A DNA stretch of 64,000 nucleotides from Paraspadella gotoi. Lineage: Eukaryota > Animalia > Chaetognatha. The stretch covers positions 19,165,590 through 19,229,589 of the forward strand of contig CM119264.1 in NCBI GenBank assembly GCA_051294375.1, read 5' to 3'. The position numbers were made by a program, and so were the translations under genes. The first letter of the stretch is position 1, and each line of letters opens with the position of its first letter. Below, piece after piece: positions 25,082-36,594 of the stretch. The notes beneath the pieces were generated by a model. The model worked only from the letters and a program-made list of their open reading frames with translations, made no database searches and was not told where the DNA came from.

Positions 25082-28075
25082 CTCTCTCTCTTCTCTCTCT
25101 CTCTCTCTCTCCTCTCTCTTCTCTCTCTCTCTCTCTCCTCTCTCTCCTCTCTCTCTCCATCCAATTCTCCGTTTTCCCCTTGCGAGATGCATTCGTTCCC
25201 ATTCCCTCATTTATTACCATTTCTTACCCGGAAAGTCTGCGCCATTTATTTTCCCCTCGTCGCTTTGGGATCGAGACTGGGGTTTGAACTTGGGTCTCTT
25301 CTGGGGACTAAGACTGGTTTGAGGGGTAAGACTGAAATTTAGCGACTTTAAGGGTCAGGATTTGAATTGGGGTAATTGGAGGGATCAAAGTGGCTGTTCA
25401 TACCACGAATGATATTTTACCTCCTGTTTCCAAGGGGAAGCGAGGTTAAAGTAAAAACTCTTACCATACGCATTATAAAATTGTAGTGTTTTCAGTTTAA
25501 CTTTTGACTTTTGTTTTTCTTTTCTGCAAATTTCTCGATTTGTTGACCATACTTCTTAGTTTTTAATCTATCGCCATATATTAGCAGATTTCTAAAGTGG
25601 ATCCATTAATACAAGTTTCTCTCGGCGCCATTTTTACTAGTTCCCCTCGATGCCATTCCTTTTGATCCGCTCCTCGTTTGAGCAACGCAAACTTTATCTC
25701 TCGTCACAAGGCTCATCGCCGGTCGAAGCCATCAAGCCACCAAATTGTCGTCGCTCGCCTCATTTTCGAAATCACGGTTCGGGGGCCATTAGAGAAAGAA
25801 AAGAAGAAATGGGTGAAGGATGGGAGAAAGAAAGGAAAACGAAAGGAGCAAGAAAGAGAGGAAAGAGTGGAAGATGAAAGATACATGAAAGAGAGTAAGA
25901 AATAAAAAGGAAAGAAAGAAAAAAGAAAGAAAGAAAGAAAGAAAGNNNNNNNNNNNNNNNNNNNGAAAGAAAGAAAGAAAGAAAGAAAGAAAGAATAAAA
26001 AAGAGATATAAAAATAGAAAAGGAAAAACGAGAGAGAGAGAGAAAGAGAAACCACATTAAGGTGTGTGAGTGTGTGTGGCTCAAGATTCCCCAGGCAATT
26101 CTGATGTCTCACTGGCGCCTTCTTCCCTCGTCAGTTCCATCTTTAACATCCGGTTTATTACTCTGATTACGACGGATGAATTCGTCATCATTGCCGCCGG
26201 CGAAGCGTCAGCCTCGTCTCTCTGATGAGTTTTCGAACTTTTGCTACCACAGTTAGAAAGCTTTTTCCAAGTGATTAATTACTCCAAATGGTAAACTTTT
26301 GTGCTCTTTTTTTTTTTTTTTTCTATAGCGTGCTTTTTATGGCGAAACTACAAAACAACAAACAAAAGGTTTCGCCGAAAAAGGATATGCCGTTATGCCT
26401 AAATTTTTACTTCTCACTCGTCTCCTCGCGATGATAGAATGAGGTATCGGCGAGCTTACGGATCCGAGGCATTTTGGGGTAAGTAATTTTCCTGGGTTCT
26501 GGTTTCGTGCCCTCGGCTCCATATTTCTGCGTCGGTCGCGGATGATAAAGTTGGGGAGTGCCCAGAGTATCACATCCGTCAGCCGCTCAAAGAGTGTGCA
26601 CTGTACATTCGAGGAATTTACATTTCACTTTTTTATCCAACGAGACATGGGAAATTTTGCTTGATCAACGGCTTCGAAAATACATGTCATGCCTTGCCCT
26701 GCCCATTGCCTTTGCCAAACCCAAAGCCGTCATGAGGTTGCTCCATATTAACTGTGAATTCAACTTGGCCTCATTCACCTGACCCATCCTCATATTAGCC
26801 CTTCACTCTGCCAACTCTAAAAGTTTGCCGCGGCGGTCGCTGTTGGCGTCATGGACGCCAGAAAGCGACTGACAGCGTCGAGTAAAAAACTCTCGGGGCC
26901 TTCAGGGTTCAACGACGGAGCGGCGCCCGAATATTACCAGGGGGCGCTCATAAAATCGCGGGGGAAAACCGCGGGAAAAGGGGCTTGGCGGATTCGGTTG
27001 GCAGATTAAGCAAAGCACAGGTAAAGTGGCCCGGGCAACCCAATTGAGGGTTTTGAGTGGGAGCGTTGACTTGTTTTTCGTACGAATCGAAAAAACATTT
27101 AAACTTTACTGTTTTGAATGGGAGAATGGCGTATTCCAGCTCCACTAAGTAATTTATTAACATTGTACGAGAGGCAATTACGAGGTCCATGATTCACGAT
27201 ACGAAGACTCATTATCCCGGAGAACAGTCGTTTTATCTCTTTCTCTCGAAAACGAGAAAAGAAAAGCGATGTGACGCAAATTGTTACATATTTATTATTT
27301 AATAAAATACTAAGTTTACAAATAAAATAAATAGGAGAGAGAATAGGATAGTAGCGAATATGATCTGTTGGGAAATTCAGATATTAAATATAATAAGGAC
27401 CGTATTACGACTGTTAAAAAATATAAAATGGGGTACAGATACTTATTTTCTCAGGTTTAGAAATTTCAGTGAGGGGTCGTTACGCCGCAATGGTAGTATC
27501 TTTTCCCAGCTTCGGTTATGATTTTTCAGTCCGTTTGAAGGCGAAACCGTCATGCTTTTGCGAATTGGCCAATTACATTTACAAGAGGTCGGGACCACCG
27601 TGAAAAATTGTTTGCTTTTTACTATAATATTAATCAGTTGCTTATGCAATTAGAGTTCCATCAACATTACCTCCTTCACTGTTTAAAAATTCTACGAAAA
27701 AATTCTGTGAAATAAAAACAAACAAACAAAAAACCGCAAACAAAACATCCACGAAATATGTCTTTCGAAGCGAATTTGAAAAAAAAAAATTTGCTTTGAA
27801 TTGTAAAGTGGAAGGGTTCCGGGCGCGGGCGTTGTTATCTCTCTTCGCCTTCTACTACATAAATCTTTCTGTTTCTGTCGGTTGGAAATTACTCGGAGCT
27901 CCTCTCCTGGTTTTATTTGCGTTTTCATCACGTTGGACGGCGGATATAGGCGGCAGTGAGAGTGGTAGGTCTGGTAGCGGTAGGGTGGTGGCGGTGAAGG
28001 TCACTCATTCATTTCTTCGTGTGTCTATTGTCTATTCTTAAATAATTTATGTATCTATTATGTCTCAAATCATAT

Positions 28076-28180
28076 TATGAAATTGGTACAACAAATATAA
28101 AAATTATTCATTTTTTAGATAAATGAGCTATCATGCCTCCTGACTTTGGACAGCCTATGAAGGGTTAAGGCCTGCATCCC
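28076..28180 (-). repeat. Diverged partial copy of dispersed repeat family 2
   Basis: TATGAAATTGGTACAACAAATATAAAAATTATTCAT...GCTATCATGCCTCCTGACTTTGGACAG is the reverse complement of the 3' half of 45183-45361. Confidence 0.8.
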
Positions 28181-29099
28181 TCATCTATATTCATATAATA
28201 TTTCTATCTTATTATATCGTATTATATTGTTTAAATTACATTATTACTTACATAATTACATTATTCAGGGATGACTTGTCAAGTATCAAGTTACATAAAT
28301 TTACAACTTAAAACTACTAAAAATTAATCAAAGAGGATTTTTTTCTCATATTTAATTTCAAATGGTGTCACTCAGATTCTTTCATGTCTAGAGTATTTCT
28401 TACACTTTCTTGCCGTTATCTAATTTCCTCTTGTATTAGTGCTACTTAAACCTTGTTTAAGGTATTTAGGTAGGCGCGAGAGTGGCTAAGGCAGACAAGG
28501 GGGAACACGTCCGAGCCAGGAGCCTTGGAGACAATAACTGTTGGGCCAATGACGATAACTACCGTTGACGGCGTCGGTGGCGTCGGAGCGATTCCGGTTA
28601 CAGTCTGACGTGCCGACGAAAGAGGCTTCGTTAAATTCCAAGTTGTCCTCGTGAACGCGTTGTAAATAGACATTAATTTTAGAGCGAGTCCGGCAATGCT
28701 TGTTCGTTCATATTTAAGTTTCTTAAATTAATTCAATGCTGTTTTTTTTCTCCTGGTTCGTTTCGTTTCATTCAAACTGGAACAGAAAGTAATCTAACCA
28801 TGTGTTGGGCAGATGCACCCTCTATTTCCAGAAGACAACACTAACGTCCCCATCCCAAACAGATAAATAATATTATATTTAAATATTTAACACAAAAATA
28901 TTTTAACAAATACATAAAATCATAAATAATAATTATTTTTTAATCTAAAAAAAATCAAGTTAGTGAAACAAGTAATTGTGCAACTTTCAAAAAAAAAAAT
29001 TCTTAACATTTTTCATTGACAATGAAAGCGGTCGGAGTGATTCGTAGGGAAAAAAGTGAAGAGCACAGCGACATAGCAAAATTTTGTTTTCATGATTTC

Positions 29100-29154
<55 letters not shown>

Positions 29155-29571
29155 AGAATATTCCGCGGATGGACGCAAAACAAAGTTACTCTCGTCGGCC
29201 ATGGGGAAAACAACCCAACGACAAACAACCAATGGACGGAGGACGAACGAAAAAAAAACTTATTTGCATATAAACGTGATAGAATTAAATTCGCTTTCAT
29301 CCTAACTACCGAATCACAATAAAAAAAAACAAACAAAAAACAAACAACGAACTCCGAAAAAATCAGGAGCAGAAAATTTGATCGTAAAAGGCTTCTCAGT
29401 ATTTTCTTCTCTACTATAAAGAAAATTGCTGAAACCTTCGCAAAGCGACGAATAAACTCCACCAAAACAAAAACACTGAAGCATAACAATTCACCGAATA
29501 TGGAGTTGGCGGATAAGATATTGGTGTCGTTGTTCCTTTGTTCCTTGTTTTTCTCCCGCTGTGACCCGAAG

Positions 29572-30865
29572 ATGAGGAAGAGGCGCCAAAAGGCGTCGTC
29601 TGCCGGAGAAGGAATCAATCAAAAGTGAGTACCAAGTGAAGGGTGAGTAAATAAGGATGAGAAGAAAAATCGGGGTGAACCGAAGAATGTCTTCGTGGAC
29701 AATATGTCGCTGGTAGACAGGAAGTCGACGTTGTCTTGGTACTTATTAGTAATAACGAATACTATGCGTTTACTATAACGACTAATAAAGACAACAATAT
29801 ATTAGCGCGCTGTTTTCGCCATTTCTATTGTGAGACGGTCTCACAAGAGCGGCGAGAGTGGCCGTTATTCGCTTCGACAAAGAATCCTCATAAGTTGGAC
29901 TCTCTCATTTTTTTCGGTCGCATCGCAGAAATTGAGAAAAATTGAAAAGGGAAGGCGGCAAAAAAAAAAGACTGGGATAGAAAAGGGGGGCAGGATAAAG
30001 GGTGGGGGATGGAAAGAAGCCCCAAAAATTTATAAGGGATAAAAGGAAAAAAATCGCGAATGAAGGCAAAACATACGACTGGCTCGAAACTTGTGGATAG
30101 AGTAACGAAGAAAAAAAAAGAAAGAAAATACTAAGATATTTTGTTTCAAATAAAAAAATTTAAAAATAAGATAATGTCACCTTATGTAGTGTTAAGAAAG
30201 TCAATAATTTTATAACCTTTTTAAATGACAACTGTTCTTCTTATAATATATTTTAATTTAAAAATAAGAATGAAAAAAAATCTCATTGATTAAGCCGCTT
30301 GCTTTGGAAAGAGAACGTCAAAGATTTGATTAATTTAAAAAGAAATTTAAAAAATTTTGAAGGGGAGAGAAGCCGAGAGGATGCAAGTCGCGAGAGAAAT
30401 GAAAAAAAGAGGATAAAATAAAAAAATTCAAGAAATTATTAAGATATTGGAACAGAAAAATATAGAGTTTTTAAGGAGAGTTTCTTTGTGGGTTTTACAA
30501 GTTTTACGAGGCAGTCCTGAAAAGAAAAAGAAAAGAAGAAACTTATCTCTAATATTTACTAACCTGTGCAAAGTGTGCGATGACTTTGCAACAATTATTG
30601 CGTATTCGTCAAAGTCAAAACATACTTTACTGCCTATCCAATGTCTCATTTTAAAATTTTTTTCGGACTAAAACGTTTTAATTTTTAACAATACCGCGTT
30701 TGTTATTCTTTTATATTTGACAAAACTTGACTTCCCTCCAGCCGCTTGCCATCCGCGGAGGACCCCGTCGACGGCATTCCCGTTCGGGAGATGGCCGTGC
30801 CCACGCGATCCAAGGTCACATTCGAATGCTTATCCGACATCCCTGCAGTTTGGATCCGGCAAAGG
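29572..30865 (+). other. Candidate orphan exon pair (29572-29624 and 30742-30865) of an unknown gene or lncRNA
   Basis: ATG...AA|GTGAGT donor, CTTCCCTCCAG| acceptor and AGG|GTAAAT donor are phase-compatible. They give MRKRRQKASSAGEGINQNRLPSAEDPVDGIPVREMAVPTRSKVTFECLSDIPAVWIRQR. No homology established. Confidence 0.25.
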
Positions 30866-31223
30866 GTAAATCTGATTTTCAAAATGTTCACTTTACTTCT
30901 TTAACTATTTCTATTTGTTTGTAAATACGGTATTATACACATATTCTTAGTATAATAATGCGAGCGAGAGTGGGAGTGTTACCTACTTAAGTCAAAAACA
31001 TTATTCGCCCATTTGAAACGTCCCTTTCCCAAAATTTTCCCAAAATTCTTCGAAAGAAACTTGAAACTCGATCTTGAGGGTCAAGGAATTTTTTAAGTTG
31101 ATCCCGCAACGGAGCCGGTTCGGGCGCCGACTCTGCAGCCGGTTCCATCGCGGTCTCAGGCGCCATCGCTCGCTCGGCTCTCTAACCAAACGTCACGTCA
31201 CTCACGTGCAGACGGAATTTCTT

Positions 31224-31293
<70 letters not shown>

Positions 31294-34200
31294 GAACCTT
31301 TTTTCAAAGCGTCAATCACCGGTTCGCTATTAATCCTTTTTTATTCCACCCGGCCGCTTTTCAAGGTCGAGCGGTTGAGCGTTGGAAGCCAACTTCACGA
31401 CGCGAGCGAGAGTCACGCCGTGACCTGATCCGTAATTAATTACTCGCCTCCCTCATTGGCCTCTCTTTAAGACTCGCTATTCAATTACGTCGTCGCAGCG
31501 TCAAACCAAAGAGCTCCGACGACAAATGAGCTTCTCGCCGCCATATTGTTTCTTTTTCGATTTAAAATTGCATCTTTACATAATCAGGTTCTGCCATTAG
31601 AAAAAAAAAATTCTCTTCCTCCTCTTTCCTCGAAAATCTAATTTTATTTCTTATTTGCTCATGTGATTAAAGGAAAGAGGATTCCAGGCTCCTTCCTCCT
31701 TTCCTTTTTACCCTACCCTTTTTTCTCACTCATTTTTTTCCGTTTTCATCGTCATATTTTTTTCCCCTTTCTATTCCAATTGCCCTTCTCCCTTCCCCAC
31801 GTTTCTTCATATACTTTCTTTTTTTTGTCATTTTTCCTTTCTATTTTTCCTTCCTTCCTCTGTTCTTTATCCTTATTTTCTTCCTATTTTCCTTTTCCCA
31901 CTTCTTTCCCCTCCTCTTCCCCTCAATCCTTCTCCCTCTCTTCCCTTTCCGTTTCTCTCGTCTTCCTCGCTGAAAGTTTTTGGGCGAGAACTATCGGAAT
32001 TTTTTTTTCTTCTTCCTGGAGGAGAAATATCGAGATTTCAAAACAACCCAGAACTAGCGAGAGGGAGAAAGAGAAAAAAGACAGAAAGAGCCAGAGAGAT
32101 AGTATGTATATAAAGACTGTCTGGGGAAATAGTCAAATAGAAAGAGAAAGAGAGGTAGGCAGAGAGCCGAAGAAAAAGGAAATAAGTTATATAGCGAGAG
32201 AGAAAAGATAAAGAATAATAGAACGATCATCTCTAAACTCTAACTCTATGTTTCGAACGAAAGATGAGAAGGAGGTTGTAAAGCAAAGCAGAGAGAAAGA
32301 GAATGAGTGTGGGTGCCAGGAAAGTGCATCTCTCCCTCTCTGTCTATCACGTTCTCTGTCTCCTTTCCCGCGCCATTCCGTCCCGCGTTCCATGCGTATC
32401 TTCGAACTCTATTCCCCAAAACCCGCGCCTTTGAAATGTTAATAGCTGATATCCTCCCACTGAAACCTCCCTTCTAGTTTTTTTCCTTTAAAAAAAATTG
32501 TTTCCTTGTCTTTTTGTTTTCTTTTCATTTTTCAGCGGAAAAGATTTTGCTGCAAAAATTTTGGCGCCTTGAGAGAATGAGAAAGAGAAAGAGAGAGAGA
32601 GAAAGAACCTAAAACAAAAGAGGATAAAAAATGGAGTAGAGCCTTCTCGCCGTTTCCTCTTTTTTTGACGATATTTAGAATATTTATTTTTCTTTCTTCT
32701 TATTAAATCTCTCCTGCAGAGGGGTGAGGGGGCGGTCCAAGGGGTCGGGCGAATAGAGAGGCCTTCGGTGTGGGGGATGTACGCTGATTCGCCCTTCAAC
32801 ACGATTTGCATAACTTTTCTTGTTTCTCGCCCTCCGAGGATGCATATTCATACCAAGTCAGAAATTCCGGGAATAAACGTTTCCCAACTCATAAATTTCT
32901 CCTTGAAATTCAACGTATTGTAAATTTTTATTCCGGTCGTGGCAACCATTGTCGTCGTCGTCGTGATCCTTGTTGATGATCTACATACGAGAGGAAAATT
33001 GACAGAAATTTTTTACTTACGTACATACCGTAACATTGAATCAATTATAAACATTAGTGTTCCGTGAAAAGAGTTATATAATATCAGAGATATTAAATAC
33101 TTTATTGCTTTTTTAAATTTTCTCCTCTCGCCAATTCGCCCACTCGGCACTTCATTTCAGCTTAAAATAATCTGATTATTGAAAGTCCTTGAATTAGAAG
33201 GCAGCCGACGAACTCGGCGCGTGTCATCCTCTTTTCTAATATTCTTCTCCGCGCCTTCGCTCTCCCATCGTTCCCCAATCACCCAATCCCCAATCCTCGA
33301 CGAGGCCTCGAGTCATCTACGACATCCGGCATAATTTCGTCCATGGCGTGACTGAATGATTCTCCTTCGCTAACCCTTGCCACGCCCCCTTCAAGAGTTC
33401 ACCATCCGCTCAGAACCTATTCCCTCTGTAACCAAACCTCCGAACCGGAAGGGTTTCGGCGCTGTAGACGGTGTGGGGATGAAACGTCAATTCCCGTCAT
33501 TACGCGCTCAATTTTCCGGCGCTCGTCATTCCGCCTCTCGGTTCCGGCAGCTCCGTGAAGAGAGGATGCCGGAGGAGGGAGATTCTGCCGGCAACGGATG
33601 TTGGTTGGCGGGTAATTGAAAGTGGTGGCGAAGATAAAGTCGAGATGGCGCGGCTAGTGCCAGGAAACTTGTGGGATGGGTTAGGCGGTGGGGAAGAGGA
33701 GGATGCAGGTCGAAGAGGCTTAGACCTGGAGGGGAGCATTGGTGGTAGGGCTTGTCTGGGGACGTCAGGGCCGAGGACGTTGCGAGCGAGACCTGAATTT
33801 CTGATGCCGTTTAAGGGTTTTTTTTGAAAAGGAAGGAGGAAAAAAAGGAAGGATGTTGTTCGAATGAAACCGCGTCGAATTTTAAGTTTTTTTCTTTTTT
33901 TTTAATCATTTTCCCCTTTTTCTTCCTACCAAGAATAACGCGCTGAAAGTGTTTTTGAAAGGAAAAAAACATCGTCGAAAAAAACAACGGAAGAATTATA
34001 AATTACGACGCGTTTCGCATATTTATCAGTGGAAAAATTAAAAGTTACGCGCAAGTTTGAGGCAAGATTGTTTGCATCTCAGAGACTAAATTATAAAGGA
34101 GTAGGTTTTTGCTATGAAAGCTTTTCTTTGTTACAGTGCATAGTAAATCTTTTAGGTAAACGTAGTGACGTAAATCGTAATATCACTACCCAGGACCCAT

Positions 34201-34328
34201 TACTACATCGGGAATTTTGTAATTGTATTCCAATGGCGACTACTTAATCGTCGTGATCCAATCGTTGCCAGCCGAGTTCCAGGTCTTCGAATTTGTTCAT
34301 AGTTCTCCCATAGAAGGAAAAAAAATTA

Positions 34329-34438
<110 letters not shown>

Positions 34439-35757
34439 CCAGTTATAACGTTGATACCCTCCTTGTAACGAAGTATGTTAAGCAACTCAACAAATTCAGC
34501 AGTGTGCATACGTGGGAGTGGAGGGTGCGTCCTTACTTATACAAAATACGTCGTTCTGGGACATGCGTCTCGGTTTCGCGCGCTTCGATGCGTGTCGGAC
34601 GCAGCGAGATAAACCGAGCCCATAGATCAAAAGCGATTAAATCGAAACCGGGCAGGTGCGGGGTGGAGGGAATTCAGAATAAAAAAAACCGCAACTCCGA
34701 AAACTATGAGAACAAAACCGAGAACGAAATAAAAAAAAAAAAGAAAACAAAAAGTTGATTTGAAATTTTCTTGAGGCGTTGCGAACGCGTCAACCAGGAG
34801 GATCTCATCTTGTTTCCTATTCAAGTACAAAAAATGCATATTGCATTTAGATTCTTTTAACGACAAAACTTTTTACAAGGTTTTTGTCATTCTTTTATTT
34901 CATCTTTCTTTTTCGCATTAACGTGGAATTTTATTTTCTTTATTGTCTTCTGTCATAAAGTAATCGTTGTATCTCTCTACCTTACTGAAAGTTTTGGAGC
35001 GTTCTCCATCTCATTTTACATGGATTTGTATTCTTCCAAACAAAAGTTTTTTACCAATATAGAATAATATAATTTATATTCCACGCCGTCAACAGCAATT
35101 AACTTATTTCTCCTCCTTCGTTTATTTTCACTTTGGTATATGATTTCTCTATTTCATTTCTCTGTTGCCTTTCTTTGATTCCAATCATCATGTATTTACG
35201 TACTTTCTGTAGCTTTCCGTCTCTTTATTCCTTTTTTCTGTTCTCAATCCAAATTGTTTTATTTACACGCGCCTTCCCTCTGTCATATCATACGTACATA
35301 CTTTCTCATATCTTCAATTTTCATTTTCCTTTTTCCTTCCCAAGTATAATTTCCATTCCCGTTCGTCCCATTACCGGAGCTCTCAGATCTGGAAGAACCC
35401 ATTTTTATCCTGAGCGTTTTCATATTCGCCTCCTGCGTTTTGTTCATTCGTCTCACTGGTCACAAAAAATAATCATGTACTCTTTGTCTTCTGTTTTCAA
35501 GGGCTTTGGACCATGAAGATTATTTTATGTTAGACGATAGAGACAGTTTGTATCGCTACTGGAGAGAAACCTCAACCTTGCTTTTGATTTAGAAAGCATT
35601 TCGGCAGGTCGCAGCAGTTTTGAAATTCTATTTACCCCTCATTTTGACTTCTGCATATTTGCTTATCCTATAATTTTTTATATTATTAATGTTTTTAAGC
35701 TTAATTCCATTTTATTATAATAAAAGTTAATACATCTTTTATCATTTTAGTTACTCT

Positions 35758-36594
35758 TGATGGTGGCACTAAAGACCACCAAGCCTGCCGTTCTCTAGTG
35801 GCTTATTTGTGTCTGGGAGAGAGAGGCAAGTCAATTTCGCCTCCCAAAACCCAAGGTAACCGGGGTTCTAGGCCCGGTGGTGCGTCTGGCAGTTATTAGA
35901 GGGACGGGGCGCTTACCGCCCTGTAACATGGTGTTCCTCTGTCCGCAATAGGCTTCAATCAAACTCAAAAGAAAAGACGCTTTATATTTGGAACGGTTGA
36001 TCACCTAACTCATATCAATAATTAACTGTCTTTCATTGGTGAGCCCGACTTCCGAACACAACGGCAACAAAAACAATTCAAGGGACAATGACCTTCAACC
36101 ATCTGGCGAGCACTTTCCGACCACCACACATCAGGCGAAGTGCCTCAACTTGGTGCACGAACTTTCCACCAACAACAACAATTTCACTGAAGAAGACGCA
36201 ACGAAACATCTCCACTACGGGAGGGGGGGATAAGTATGGTGGACTAAAGACCACCAACCGTGTCATACCCGTCAGTGGCCACATTGGTGCTGGAAGGGTT
36301 CAGTGCATTCGCCCTCCCACACCCACCACACGAGGGGTTCGTAAAGCCCGGTGGTCGTCATCGGCCAGTTAAAGAAGGGACGGAGGGCGGCTTTAACCCA
36401 GCCTGTAACAGGGCTACACCTGATCCCGAACTAGGGACTGGGCTTATATTTTGCTTATCTTGGCTTCTGTATTACACTATCTCAATTATCTGTTCTTCAC
36501 TCTCTTATTTTCTCTCTCTTTCTTTCTTGACTCATTGATTTCCCCTCTCTACTTGCTGAATGTCCGGTTTATGTTAAAAATTAATAAACATACA
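35758..36594 (+). mobile_element. Miniature non-autonomous LTR retroelement (TRIM-like): LTR A - PBS - short internal region - PPT - LTR B
   Basis: LTR A runs TGATGG (35758) ... TTTCA (36035). TGGTGAGCCCGAC (36037-36049) differs by one base from the tRNA-Trp-type PBS TGGTGACCCCGAC. The polypurine tract GGGAGGGGGGGA (36219-36230) lies directly before LTR B. Both LTRs share colinear blocks: TGGTGG(C)ACTAAAGACCACCA, AGTGGC, TTCGCC(C)TCCCA, GGGGTTC..GCCCGGTGGT, AGGGACGG, CCTGTAACA and TTATATTT. The right boundary is uncertain (36476 or ~36594) and no TSD was found. Confidence 0.6.

Noticed and set aside
25270-25300. B-box-like GTTCAAAC on the - strand in a GAGAC...GTCTC hairpin
   Set aside because: No A box or cloverleaf could be built, so there is not enough for a tRNA or SINE call.
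26221-26240. CTGATGA followed by a GTT-TTCG-AAC hairpin (similar CTGATGA hits near 7617 and 8098)
   Set aside because: No correctly placed GAAA box together with stems I and III, so these are not hammerheads.
36188-36215. CTGAAGA-AGACGCAAC-GAAAC-ATC, a hammerhead-core-like string inside the mini-LTR interior
   Set aside because: Stem II has only one pair, stem III is absent and the flanks cannot form stem I. Probably chance unless the family consensus restores it.
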